Source: Catajapyx aquilonaris
Lineage: Eukaryota
Length of the DNA: 64,000 bases
Direction of reading: 5' to 3'
Assembly: GCA_000934665.2 (NCBI GenBank)
Contig: KZ538424.1
Coordinates: forward strand, 1-64,000
The stretch's first letter is position 1. Each line of letters opens with the position of its first letter. Position numbers and translations under genes: made by a program. The notes under the pieces are model-generated. The model saw only the letters and a list, made by a program, of their open reading frames with translations, ran no database searches and was not told where the DNA came from. Shown here piece after piece: positions 13,647-27,028 of this stretch.

Positions 13647-16600
13647 ATGATGGCGGCTCCCAAGGCAGTATTTGGCTCGGGGAGGCGAAAAAGTCGGCCC
13701 AGGTTAGGATTTCTTCGGTAGTGTTGTGACAATTTGTACTTGTACAGATGTACACTGAAATTTGCCGTTAATATTACTGGATTTTTTAAATCTCAATTTT
13801 TGGAAACTGTGAGGTTGATAAATGGCATATGCTTTCATTGGTGCAATCTGGTCTCCAGGGACAATCAGGTTTTTGCGATTGTCAATGGGTCTATTAGGCC
13901 TTTTTGTTTATCTGCCGATGTAGTATTGGTGTAAAGGTGCGTTTACATGTGAGCGAGTTGTTCGCAGGATGTCATCGCCAAGCGATAACATCGCTGAGTA
14001 ACTAGAGTAACCAGTATTGTTTGAGGCGAAAATCGATTGTTACTGTCACCTTATACAATATTGGTTAGTCAGGTTGCTCAGGGAAGACTTCGCTCGTCAA
14101 ATCGCTCACATGTAAACGCACCTTAACACCAGTTTAAGTACTGCGTTTGTTTATTCCCATGAAGCTCTGGTGCTCACTCTGATTGGAGAATATAAGGACA
14201 TAATGTCTCGACACCACTCCTTACACAGCTTTTTTCTGAGTGATAGTCTATACCCCTAATTTACAAATTCAATCAATAAATATAACACGATTGAAACATT
14301 TTGGAATAACTCGTGGGATAACCAACCCGACCCAACTAGTGCACCTGCACCACTTTGAAAGTAGGGGCAGGAAGAGCCTGCCTACCTAGGCAGCAACGCG
14401 GGCAACCCTTTGCTTGGCGCGCCGCCAAGATGGAAAGCCAAAGTCACAGACATGCTGCCCTCTGTTGTTTCAAAAACATAATGATGCCTGCATTTCATCA
14501 GGAAGCATGTAATGTTTATCTTAAGTCCCACAAACGAGTCATCGTCCTGCCGGCTTTCTCACACATCTACCCTCTTAAACTGACGCATCGATTTGCCGGT
14601 CTCTGAGGGTTAACCAAATATCCTGATGTATGACCAAGTTTTTCATTTGTCAACAGGATTGAACCAGAAACAGTTGATGAACTATGGGTACGGTTGGGGC
14701 GCCTGTCGGATCAAGAGAACATCCTTAGTACATTACTAGTTGCCTACCAGCAGGCTGACAACCCGCAGAGCATCAGTGAGGACAGTGGTGCTGCTCTTTT
14801 ATCAATATTGGCACATAAGAACATTTCCAAGAAGGCTAAAGTATTGTGTTGTCAAATATTGGAAGAGGTTACTAACTTACCTGTTCTAAACATAAAGGAA
14901 ATTGGACTAGAATACACAGACATGGGAATTTATGCTGATTTGATGCAAGCAGCTTATGTCCATGACCAACTAGTGGAATTTCCTGCTGAGAGCTTCCAGT
15001 TCCTTGTTGAGTAAGTTGAAGAGTAAGTCAAGTGTTGCATTGCAAATAATAACAATAACTTTGATGTATTTCAGCTCACTTCAAAATGCTAATATTGCCT
15101 GTGAAAGTCGAGCAAACTTACTAGCTATTTTGTGCAGAATTGCACCACATCACTTGACTATGAGGCATCATAAAAGCTTGGCTGACTACATGTCTCAGTG
15201 GCTTAACATGAAGACCAGCGGTACAGGTGGTGCAGGACTTTTTTGGAGGAACCCAAAAGTTGTCCAGCACCAGGGACCTCCTCTCAGTGAACCATTTACA
15301 TTGCTCAATTTCAGTAAGTGTGACCAATTTTGAATCTATAATACATATTTCAAAGTTGATTGCACTGCAGAATTGGTGGGATCTATAATACATATTTCAA
15401 AGTTGATTGCACTGCAGAATACTTTTCCCCAAGAGCAGTTTCTTTATACTTGCCTATCAAGAGTGGCACAATTATGAATCACCCTCTTTCAACCTGGGGA
15501 AATTGTAAATTGTTTTAACATTTCGGAAGTCTAGTTCTGCCTTCAAATTTTTTCTTTCTTTCTGAATGTCTCTCTTGAGCTCAATTTTATTTTGAATAAC
15601 TAATTGCACCATACAAGTGCACCTTGATATGTGAGTCTCACACACTCTGTATATTGTAAAAACAAAACCCAAACTTGATTCCTTAATCCTTTTCACCAAG
15701 CACACATTGTAGGCCTACTGTTAGACTACTGAATATTTTTCAGGTCAGGAATCTGAAGACAGCCAACTGATGAGTCTTCATACCTTCTCATCGCTTCATC
15801 AGTGGCTGTGCCATTTTGTACAGTTGAATGAGGAGAAGTGGAAGGAAGAGAACAACGATGCCGATGTACCCATGCATCACCCACTGATTGCCAATTCTTT
15901 GAATTATTGTTCTTATGTTGTGGAGCAGTATTTCCAGTTGGGACAGAAGCCCTCTGAGGAAGAAATGCTGCCTTGTGTATGTCTTTGTTATTTCCGACTG
16001 TGTGCCTGTGGAGTCACAACAAGAAATTGTACATAACCAACTCATAAAGTCAAAAACAGACACGTTTAATTGCATTTGGATGTGTGTCGTAAATGCAGTC
16101 TTTGCAGTAGTTCTAACAATTTCTCTTCCAAGAATGCGTGGCTTCTCTACAGATTTTTCACTTGCCTCATAATTTTAAAAAAATGAAATGGCAAAAATTA
16201 GGCAGATAATAATGCTCATGTCAGCTTTTTGTCCTTGTGACTAAACAGTAAATACAGGGTGTTCCAAGTTCGTGGATGGTTTTTAGTTATAAGAAATTTT
16301 TCTTGAAGCTGTTATTTTTTGTAGCTTGTTGTGCCCCTAACCAGGTGCCCTATTCTACTGCTATATTCGACCACCTGGGAGAAATGGGGCAACTGGATCG
16401 GGGTATCATCAGTCCAAAAAGAATTGTCCCTCGCGTCGAGCGGGCAGCCGCGCGTCAGGATGAAAGGAACCAGTTAACTGGTTGCTTTCATCCTGACGCG
16501 TGGCTGCCCGCTCGACGCGAGGGACAATTCTTTTTGAACCGTTGATACAACAAGCTATACAAAAATAGCTACTACTTGTGATATTAGTAATAACTAAAAA

Positions 16601-19070
16601 TGACCCTTGAACTTGGAACACTCTGGATTCATGGCAAAAAAAAAAAAAGCAACTGCTGACCTTGGCTTTCCCAGGTTGCGGAGAGTCCCCCAAACCTTCT
16701 CAATGTGTACCCAAAAATGAGTGCAGTGGATCTGTGTTTAGTTCTAAATGCAATTTAATTGATGGCCTGGGAGAAAAACGCGATTAAGTGCCAGTGAATA
16801 ATGCAAAAAGTTCTCCTGACTTGTTTCCACGGAAACAAATGAAGCACAGAAGGTGTCCTCTGGTAGGGAGTACCTTCATAAGTATTCGTGAATTTTTTCC
16901 CACCTCCAGAGCGAGTCAGTCAGGTACAAGGTGCCCGTTAAATTTTCATTTCCCGCAAAACTTACATAACAACTGGAACAGGGTACGACCCATGACTCGT
17001 CACCAGTCATCACAGTGTTCAGGAAGTAGGGGTCACCGTTTGAGGAGTCCGGAATGTCCTGCGAGACTTGCAGCTCCGTCAGTAGGTAGCTCTGGCACGA
17101 ATTGAACGTCTCAGGAGTAAAACGTGTTAACCAGCATGCGGCAGTGGGCTCACAGGGTGACTGTTAGTGACTGGTGCAGGAGAGAAAATATTCACGAATA
17201 CTCATGAAGGTACTCCATACCTACCCACAGAAGGACACCTCTGCATCATTTGTTTCAGTGGAAAAAAATCAGGCAGAGAACTTTTTGCATTTTTCACTGG
17301 CGGGTATCACGTTTTTCTCCCGAGCGCTGCAATTATTATCTTTGTGTGTAGTTAGGGCTACATGTCTCCTGCTATGGGGTGAATGACCAAGCTACTGGGA
17401 GTGTATGAATCTGTAATTACTTCCACTTCATAACTTTTTTATATTGTTTAAAACCTTCTCGGCCTACACTAACAGTTGTGTTTGATGGTGCACTAGTAGC
17501 TAAAGTTAAGTGTCATCATGCTATTATGAAGTTTTTAAAAGAGGGCGGACGGCATTGTGGTGTAGTGGTTATAATGCACCCTTCCACCTCTAAAGTCTCG
17601 AGTTCGATCCCCGGACCAGACAGAGGATGCTTATGTAGATAAAGTTTCGATGGGTTCTCTCCATGTTAGAGTGGGTTTTCTCGGGGTTCTTTCATTTCCT
17701 CCCACTATCAAAATCCATCACAGCAAAGGGAATGATTAAAAGATGATCCCCTAAAAAGCCCAAGGAGGCTTATCACAGGGGAACCATTACACAGGCCTGC
17801 GATGAAATTTTTTTCTTGAAAGTGAGAGGTGTTTCTTATGCATTTTAAAATGCTGATTTCGGGAAAAATACGCAAAATCTTCTATCACCCACAGTTTTTG
17901 AGATATATTGTTTTAAAACTTTGAACGATTAACTAGGGGTCTTTCCGAATCAAGTGGGCCTAAATGTTGCTAGATCGTCTCGGATCTTGGTCAAAATAAT
18001 TGCAGATGTACTCAACTATTCCTTAATGCTGCTTATAAAATTTACGCCATATTGCGCAATACCCTGACGAGGAAAAAAATCGCAAAAATCTGGAAATGAG
18101 TGAAAATTAGGCCTTTTTGAGAGAAATTTTTTTCAGTTAGTGGAAGTTATCAGAACCCAATTGAACATATACATCAAAAGAAAGAGAAACACCAGGAGAA
18201 TGCGTCGCTGGAATTAGTTTTCCTCTAAAATGCAAAAATAAATTTTTATAGCATTTCATTGGTCACTTGCCGAAGAATATATTGTGACCTCAACAATTAG
18301 TGATGTGTTTGCGTTACATCAGTCATATTTGGTGACACTAGTTGTGAGGGACACAAGGTTCAGTATGTTAAGTTTGAGGCCTTGGTCATGCATGGTTTGC
18401 GAGAAAAAAAATTATTATATAATATTATAATATATATCAGAGGCCTGCGATAAATTTTTTTTCTTCAAAGTGAGAGGTGTTTCTTATGTATTTTTTGATG
18501 CTGATTTCAGGAAAAATACGCAAAATCTTCTATCACGTACAGTTTCGACACAAATCAAGAATTTCTGTCTGGTTGCCTACATAGTGGGTGCGCTGCTATG
18601 AAAATGTGTCAAACCAATATTTAGCTTAGAAAAATAGATATTTCAGGTCAACGATGATAAATTGAACAGAAAGTAGAAAAATGTTAAAATGTTAAAATTT
18701 AATATATAACCTCTGATGTGGCAACACCTGAACCACGCGGTAGGGTGGGTGCATAGAAAACATTTTTTTCCACGAGTACCTGTAAGTACCTACTCATGCC
18801 ATCTATTTCATCTTGAAGGAGATGGCCGTGGCTTTGTAACCTTTTTTTTTTCTCAAACCTACTCATCCCCCACCTAGGCCTGAACCAAAGGCTTTTTTAC
18901 TCTGCTATACTCTTTTGTGTGATTTTCCTGAATCTTTATCCTCACTTTGTGGAAAAACCTGACGTGATAGAGGAAAAAGCTCGGCATTTCTGAACTCAGC
19001 GTATCGAAATACATTAGAAACACATAAAACTGTGCAGAAAAAAAATAAAAAGTATTATTTCGCAGGCCTG

Positions 19071-19116
<46 letters not shown>

Positions 19117-19123
19117 ATTGTTG

Positions 19124-19178
<55 letters not shown>

Positions 19179-22100
19179 GTTTTTAAAAGAGATTCTTGTG
19201 ATTTTTTTTACAGTTAAACACCCTTCTTATAAAATATGATAATGCCATCTTACCTCTCATAAAGCAGCATGCTGGTGTAGTCGAGGTCGACCAGTTTTTA
19301 GAAATGCATGATCTGGTGGCTATACCGGCATGCCATTATAAGGCGAGGTTTTCATACATTGCATTATCCTTTCCGAACTTGTCATTTGCCTGAAAATCTA
19401 AATTCATGTAAAGGTTATCGAAAAGGCACATTTTCTGTTTACCATATATTGTTTGCAATTGCAGTGTCTGGCAATAATCTCTGTTTAAACAGTATGTTGG
19501 AGCAGGGGGTTCCCCTGTCAAAGCAGGTTGACAATGGTTTTGTCACACACACTACATTTTTTATATGCACTGTGCAACAGAACTTTCATATTCTCACAGC
19601 CTGTACACTCACCCATTTTCATTGTAACATTATTTTAGTACAGTACCAGAAGCATTCCAAAAAATTTGGCACGGAAATCTACCTCAGTTATTGCGGCATA
19701 CCGGCATGCTGGTTGACCTCGTTTTATGCGGGGATACAGCTTTATGAGAGGTTATACGGTAGCATATTGAGTCACAGTTGAGATGATTTATAATTTATCA
19801 TGAATTATTTTGCCATTAATGAATTTGCCATTAATGCTGCTTTTGATCTCATGTGGGATTGATAATGCCTTAAAGAAAATTAGTGAATTTCAATTTGCAT
19901 GATATATTGTGATAATTTCTTTGAACAGACATAATTATAAGGGGACAATTATTTATATAAAGGACAGAGTAGACAAGTACTTTTCTGAGATAGTTTTATT
20001 AGGAATTATTTTTATCTCGTGTAGGTTAGAAAATAATTATGTTCATGATATATTTATAAAAGTAGAAAAAAAAAGACAATAAGATAATTATTTTGCATCT
20101 ATGCCTTGGCAGATTTTGGTGGAAGTATTGGATATTTTGGGAGTCCTGTGCAAAGCAAGTGGAAGCAACACGTCTGTTGTTTTGAAAATCATCAAAACAA
20201 TAGAAGGAAATCTGCTACATGATGGGCACTTGACATCACATCACTTTGTTGTGCTACTGAAGCTAGTGAAGATAATAATGCACTCAGGTAAATTGACAAT
20301 TTTCATTCCTGACACTAAGAGCTGGTCATACAACTCAAATTCGATCAGCAAGCCGAGTCGTTACCGACTTGGCCACGATGCCTCCCTGCAAACACTATCC
20401 TGCAAAGGGTTAAGGCATGGAGTAAAGATCACAATTTGTTTACCAACGGAAGAAGGATACAATGCTGTACGAGGTGCTACCCAAAATTTCCGAGAATTTG
20501 CTCATAAAAACATTAATATTTACTTAAGTCCTAATTTCCATGGCCACCTTCAAAGTAGTCACCTTGGACTCATATACAACGATCCCAGCGAATGTCCCAT
20601 TTTGAAAGCACCCAAAAAAAATTGGCCAACTGTAGCATGTTCGGCACCTGCTGCAATTTTGTTCAGATCTCTTTAGTGGAGTCAAAATGCCTCCTTTTCA
20701 ACCCAAAGGAGGAGGCACAAAATAATATGGGCGAGTGGCCTTCCGTTAGATTTGCCTGAAAATTGGATATGTTGTAGCCCAGACCATCCTGATCAATGTT
20801 GGATAGGGACATTTCGAGGTAGGACCTACAGGGAGCATGCTAATTGCTATTCATCGAAGAGGCTAGAAGACTGCTGTGAGAGAAACCTCGCTTCCTTACA
20901 TTGACCCAATGAATGTTGAAGTGCAGCTGGAGGAAATTCCAGATGACATAACCTTCAAGGAGTAGAATTTGAACCAGATGAATAGGTAATAAAGATTAAT
21001 AGATAATTTAATGCAATAACCACTGAGTTCCTGAGACTTATTGTAGTCTCCCCCTATTACCTGCGGAGGTCATTAGCACGCTCCCTGTAGGTCCTACCTC
21101 GAAATGTCCCTATCTAACATTGATCAGGATGGTCTGGGCTGCAACATATCCAATTTTCTGGCAAATCGAACGGAAGGCCACTCGCCTATATATTTTGTGC
21201 CTCGTCCTTTCATTTGATTCAAGAGGTAGAAATCACTTTGGGCCAGGACAAACGAATAGGCAGTGTGGGGGACCGTCATCATGTTGTTTTTTGTCAGGAA
21301 GTCCCTGACTACGCATGAGGTATGTGCAGGCACATTGTCTTGGTGCAGCAACCAATCTCTGTTCTTTTACATCTCTGGCCATTTGAGCTGGAATAGTCTC
21401 AAACCATCGCAGTAAGACTTCCTGTTGACAATTTTACCAAGTGGAAGAAACTACATATGTACAATTCCTCAAATGTCAAAGAAAATGATCAGCATTGAGT
21501 TGATTTTGCTGCGAACTGGGTGCACCACCTTTGAAGCAGTTAAACCACTCATATGTTATTGCTTGTCTCACAACTTGCTCATCAAAAGCCTTGCTCAGCA
21601 TTTGGTGAATTGCAGTTGAAGTTTTGTTGAGCTTGAAGCAAAATTTAATACAAATCCTTTGCTCAGCCATTTTGAAAAATCGCAGAAACACAAGAACATT
21701 TTTTTTATTTTTTTATTTCACTTCCCCTTGCTCAGTACATTACGTCCTGCTTTGGGGGGTGGCATACCACCATCAGTTTTTCTATATATATTTTCCACTT
21801 CATTCACCGGTGCAAGGAAACAAGGACAATGGGAAAGGATAGGGATTTTTGGGGAGGGAACATGGGTGAAAGGAATGTCGTAGCTAATGGGTCATGTGCT
21901 GTTCCCCAGGAGGTTAGGTTGCCAGACACTTCCTTGGTGCAGGTCAGAGACCCTCCTGACGCAGGTGAAAGGAAAGTTCCCCAGGCGGGGATCGAACCTG
22001 GGGCCTTTCACTCAGCAAGCCGAGACGTTACCATCACGGCCACCACACCTCCCTGAAACACAAGAACATGGTGTCAAGAAAACTGCAGAAACTCGGACAC

Positions 22101-25100
22101 ATGTGCACCTATGAAGATAATATTTTTCAAACAAATAGCTGAAAGGTGCACCTACCTCCCCTTAGCTTCACAAGTTCGTACCTCTACTGGTTCGCACGGT
22201 ATATCCAAATTCTCGAAAAATTTTGGGTAGCACCTCGTATAAGGCAAGAGTCAAATGCTGCTGCAGAATTCATTGTTTCTTACAAATTTTACCACTGCTT
22301 ACATTTGCATCAGCATAGGAAATGATGATGTCTTTTGGAAGTCTTAAGCTGTGTGTGTATGGGTACTAAAAATGTCTTAGCAATACTTTCATGTCCTTCC
22401 ACAGTACAAATTACATTTTTAATTGCAGTTGATAATGAATATAGAGATAGTGGAAAGATGTTGCAAGAAATAATTTTAGGCAACATTCTCCACAATCACT
22501 ACCAGAATGAAGAAGCTGCCTTTGCCATGGTGACCTTTTTAGTGGAAAACATACAAAATATGGACAAGGAAGTATATATGCCTCATTTGCATGTAATCCT
22601 GAAAATGCTGGCATGGAGCCCAATGTCATTTGTGGATGACTTTATAAAAATTGTACCATCACTTGTGTGCCCTGAAACAACCATTGAGGTATGCACCATC
22701 ATTTTACCATGCGGTAAAATATTTTGCATCATGGTATTATAACTCCATGTTTTTTGTCTCTTTAATATCTAGCTCTTCCATTATGTGTTAGACCTGCCTG
22801 TACTTACGTCTTTGGTTATTGTCAAGAGATACCTAGAAGGAGTTGATACTCGAATTTCTCCGGAATTGATTCGAGTTATTACTTCACAAAAGCCACAGTT
22901 TTGGGACATGCTGCTGTCACAAGTCAGTACCAAGAAGGACACAAGTCTTGAAGAGTAAGTTATCCATATTGTGCAGTTGAAGAGCTGCAGTGTAATCTAC
23001 TTACCTTCCAGTGTGACAGTGTTGCTAAAAGCAGTCGCCAGCTTCCAATCTCATCCCAGAGTGGCTGAAAGTAGCGATGCAACCCTTTGTCTTCTTCACG
23101 TGTTCCTTGAGAAAGCTTTTCAAGAGGAGGACAGTGGCACTGCTTCACAGTTGATATCTGCTATATTCAATCGATTGTTTCTCTTGTATGGACCTGATAA
23201 TCATTGCATTAAGATGAGAGAGTATGTGTATAAATCTGTATGGTAATAACTGGCCTGAAATTAATTATTCCTATTTCAGCATCATGGGAAAACTTCTTGG
23301 AGATGTCCTGTTGGAGAAGCCGCAGCTTCTAGTAGACTTTAGGTCTGAGTTTATGGGCTTTCTTGCCCAGCCCAATAATTTTACATTCTGCCAGGAATTG
23401 TATGGTGCTTCTTTACAAAGTTTGGGAGAATTTGCAAGCTGTCAATTGTCTGGGTAAGTTCAGGTAATGGTGACTCACAAAATATGAGATCAGAATAAGT
23501 GTAGGCCTAAGAATTCAAGCTTGATAATTTTATACAGGGTAGTACATAGCCCAAACGAACTCCTTCAACACTGGGCCATGGTCAAACATGATTGATTACT
23601 TACAGCTTTGCGTGTGAATTTCCACTGGATCCTGTACAATTGGAACAAGTAATCAATCACGTTTACTCCTACCTCACTATTAAAGATGTTTACCATGATG
23701 GACAGTGTACCAGCTTGTATAAAAGCAGAATAACCGTTCCTTATATAAAAACTACGAACCTAATTGCACACTGTAAAATTTAGGGGTTGTTGTAGCCACA
23801 AAAATGTAAAAAAAATACACTCCAGCTATGTTCGACATGACAGAGACGAATCCCCCAGGTGTGCACAAGCATCTCCCATCAATGGGGCAGATGCAGATGC
23901 TGCTTGTGTTGTGGTGGTGATTGATAATAATGAACAGATGATGTCAGGCTGCACCAAGCAACCTGCCAGATATATGAATTGCCAAGAGTGCATGGGTTCT
24001 AATTTGTGACAGAATGACAATCTTACATGGACTAAGGTTTAGCAAGTAGCAGTGCTACAACACCTCTCACCACTATCTTTCTAGCACGGTCTTGGAAGAA
24101 TAGGTCGGGACACTAGCCACCATCTTGGGTGCCGTTATCCCTTCCCTCTGTGCAGATAGTATATCTGCAATGGAATCCCGCTGTGGGACTCGCATCTATC
24201 TAAGTCCAGCTCTATGGGCGTTCGTGCATAGTTGTGCTGGCAGGGGCTGCCGGCACAACTATGCACTAACGCCCATAGAGCCGTATAGAGCTGTAGGAGT
24301 TAGTGCATAGTTGTGCCATGAGAGGTGCTGAACTTAGATACATGCGAGTTCCACCCCGGGATTCTATTGCAGATATACTGGCTCTGCTGCGGGAAGGGAT
24401 AACGGCACAGCTTTTTCTATTGGCCTGGGATAGGAGTGTCCAGGGGCTGCTTTCTAGCAAGGCAGTCAGAAATTCTCGTCTTTGGTGTAACCCTATGGCA
24501 AACTGATCAGTCCCACTCTTTTAGATTCACATAGTCTGGGGCGAGTGGGGGTGGGATCATCCCTCTCTTGCTTCCAGGCTTGATGTGGGTTCCATATACA
24601 TGTACAGGGTGTTCAAAGTATATTAGTACTTTTAGTTATAGGAAACGTTGCTCGAAGCTGTTATTTTTTTGTAGCTTGTGGCACATGGGTTTGTGGCAAT
24701 ACGTTTGATGTACTATGAGCTTCACATGAGTAAAGAGTCTGTGCAGTTAATAAGTTGATATTTGGAACAATAACTTTTAATGTGTTATAAAAAATAATGG
24801 CTGCTAATGTCAGGTTCAGTTACATATTTTTTCTAACCACTGTAGGGTCTAAGTCTCTCACAAAGTTGGGTAGCCTATGTGCAGTGATCACAGATCACAG
24901 GGTTCTGAATGGGTAATTAGTAGAGAACGGATTTCTAGGTTTTTACCTACATTTTCTTTTGTAGGCAGAACACCGGAACCAAAATATCTATCCGTTTCAT
25001 AACACAAGGACCTCAAAAATCGTAGTTTTATAGAACCTAAAAATGCCTATTTCGGGTGTTGGGACCTAAATGGCCTATTAGCACCTATTAGTGCCTATTT

Positions 25101-27028
25101 CGTCCTTTTTCACGCAATTCGGTAAGATTTTCGAGAGTTCTGCAGGTTTTCCGTTCAAGGAATCCCTCCAGCTTCAACCTGTGACGAGCGAAGAAGCGGT
25201 TGATGGGTAAGATCCCGGGTAATATGCAGTTAACCGTTATTTCGAATCAAAATAACTGTTATTAATAGCCGTTAAATAAGCTGCTATATTCGGTCCGACG
25301 GATTTTCTATCGGCCATATTGGCTCCCCGTGAGGGAGGATCTGAACTGTCGCCGAAAAGCTGCGATTAACCACCGAAAATATGGAATAACTGCTAGTTTG
25401 TTACTGTGCTGCAAAATTCCATTGTGTAGAAATTAAAATAAATTAGAACCAGCCTGATTTATAGTGCCTATTTAAGAGCCTATTTTGACTGTTTTCAGGG
25501 CCTAAATGCCTACCTATTTGAGGGTTTTTTAGAACCTAGAAATCCGTTCTCTAGTAATTAGCAATTCTTCAGCTGAAGCAGGTGAAAGTTCCCCAGGCGG
25601 GGATCGAACCTGATGGGGCCTTTCACTCAGCAAGCCGAAACGTTACCATCTCAGCCATCTACACCTCCCCACCATACTCGATATGATTGCATTAAAATTG
25701 TGGACATACGGGCGCAGAAGCGTTCCCGACTTTGTCACGTTTCCTGCCACCATGTTATTCAAATGGGCTTTTGGGGAACGACATTTTCCTTTCACTTCAA
25801 CTCGATGAAAAGGTCACATCTAGGCCGAAAATGGTAAAATGACGACGAAGGTGCCCTGCGCCAGATCATGTCCTATTTTTTGGTGTAATTTCTGTGTCCA
25901 TTGCACCATTTTTGCGCCCGTACGGCCACAGAAGTGTAGACATGTCGAATCCCCATATGATGTCCATGCATAAGCGAGTTTGTTTAAGTCGTCGCCAAGG
26001 GCTTCATTGTTACCGTATTTTTTTGCTAATGCGCCGCTGTAGGAACTGCTTGTTGACCGCGTTGGAACGTCGTTGCCGTGGGAACGTGTTTTTTTTTGTT
26101 GTGTTTGTAATGTAATGAAATATGGAAAGTTAAATGTTGATTATTACGGAACGGAGATGGTGGGGGGGGGGAGTGGGGGGGGTGCATAGGAGTGGAGGGG
26201 GGGGGCAGTGGGGAGGGGGCGATTCATGGCCTTGGGCATTCAGTGGTTGCCCCGGTAACCCAAGACAGGTGATGTTTACAGCCAATTGCTCATTATTAGA
26301 AGAGTGTTCCCAAGTCCTTTTTGCCTCCTGTGGCCAAGGATGACCTCGGAGGTCAAGTCCAATACGCTAAGAACCTTCCCGGTTAAAAATTACCCCTAGT
26401 GATACCCCTGGGGCATATGTGGAGGCCTCCGTATGGATCTCATGAGGTTACAAAAGACAGAAAGACAGACAGACAGACAGACAGATATACGTCGAGAAAT
26501 ATGTATTAGATATGCTGCAGGACCAGTTTCCACATAACCTGACTCAGCTGCACTATTATTTTTAGGGAACCAGCCTGTTTGAAAACATTGCAAGGATACT
26601 TCGATGTTCTGGAGTGCTCTCTGTATGAACTCCTAAATTGGCCTATGACAGAAGTGCAATGGGAAATGCTGGATATGTTTGCTGTGACACTCACAAGGGT
26701 AAGATGCATATTATTTTCTTAAAACATGTGTGACATTGACAAAGCCATTTCAATAGATGGCAGCAAGACATCATGACGTAATTCACAGGACAATGTTGTG
26801 CTTGAATAAAATTGTTCAACACATGTCAAGAACATACACAGAGCATGAGTACCCAGAGGCAGCCAAGGAAATAGTTGAATTGCGGGTGACGGATTTCTTG
26901 TCTCTTCTCAAAGACCCAAGGTAGGTACATGATTTGGGCATCACAAACAAGTTCACCTGTATATAATGGCATCTATCCTCCACCCACCTCTTTTGAACAG
27001 CATTGCAACAATGGTGTTTTGCACGTAA
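13647..27028 (+). CDS. AP5Z1: AP-5 complex subunit zeta-1 (SPG48-like), about 735 aa. Exons 13647-13702 (tentative), 14657-15010, 15075-15313, 15744-15976, 20113-20287, 22429-22688, 22773-22954, 23012-23221, 23280-23453, 26566-26698, 26757-26920, 27001-27028
   Basis: All junctions are GT-AG and phase-consistent up to the stop at 27026-27028. Motifs are collinear with AP5Z1 as I recall it: PFTLLNFS..SQLMSLHTFSSLHQWL, ILVEVLDILGVLCK, ILKMLAWSP, LFHYVLDLPVLT, HPRVAE, KPQLLVDF, SLGEFAS, YFDVLECSLYE, TLTRMAARHHDVIHR, RVTDFLSLLKDPSIA. Exon 1 was chosen only on ATG, phase and donor fit. Confidence 0.85.
13935..14123. mobile_element. PIF/Harbinger-like MITE
   Basis: TIR AGGTGCGTTTACATGTGAGCGA with TAA TSD; second copy at 62728-62905. 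Confidence 0.8.
16254..16627. mobile_element. TA-flanked Tc1/mariner-type MITE (TACAGGGTGTTCCAAG termini) containing a 144-bp palindrome at 16404-16547
   Basis: Related copies or fragments at about 60-291, 24603-24680 and 39850-39930. Confidence 0.65.
16756..17335. mobile_element. Foldback element / MITE with about 150-bp inverted arms
   Basis: GGGAGAAAAACG..GCCAGTGAA..AAGTTCTC mirrored by GAGAACTT..TTCACTGGC..CGTTTTTCTCCC. Confidence 0.7.
17544..19156 (+). mobile_element. SINE family B copy whose tail is split by a DNA element
   Basis: 15-bp TSD AAGTTTTTAAAAGAG at 17529-17543 and 19157-19171; head at 17544-17789, (GTT)n(ATT)n tail at 19073-19156. Confidence 0.8.
17790..19072. mobile_element. 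Non-autonomous DNA transposon with CAC termini (Chapaev3-like), with an internal repeat of its left end at about 18440
   Basis: TIR CACAGGCCTGCGA / TCGCAGGCCTGTG; flanks TTA/TTG. Family assignment is inferred from the termini only. Confidence 0.65.
19249..19761. mobile_element. pogo/Tc1-type MITE, degenerate copy of 59034-59595
   Basis: Extensive identity with 59034-59595; right TIR ATGAGAGGTTATACGGTA. Confidence 0.75.
20470..22237 (-). mobile_element. Decayed mariner element carrying a nested foldback (20705-21210) and a SINE
   Basis: TIR TA-CGAGGTGCTACCCAAAATT / AATTTTGGGTAGCACCTCG-TA. Peptides EQRICIKFCFKLNKT..YEWFNCFKGG and LHQDNVPAHTS..HTAYS...AQSDFYL. Confidence 0.88.
21700..22054 (-). 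mobile_element. tRNA-derived SINE, family C
   Basis: B-box GGTTCGATCCC on the minus strand, A-rich tail, 15-bp TSD GAAACACAAGAACAT; second head fragment at about 25577-25670. Confidence 0.8.
24087..24449. mobile_element. Palindromic insertion specific to duplication copy 1
   Basis: Direct repeat CTTTCTAGCA at 24077-24086 and 24450-24459; long internal inverted repeat; empty site at about 39698-39707. Confidence 0.75.
24921..25553. mobile_element. hAT-like MITE specific to duplication copy 1
   Basis: TIR TAGAGAACGGATTTCTAGGTT, 8-bp TSD GTAATTAG; empty site at about 40223-40230. Confidence 0.85.

Noticed and set aside
19308..19781. 157-aa ORF
   Set aside because: Lies inside a MITE; the second copy at 59 kb does not keep the frame.
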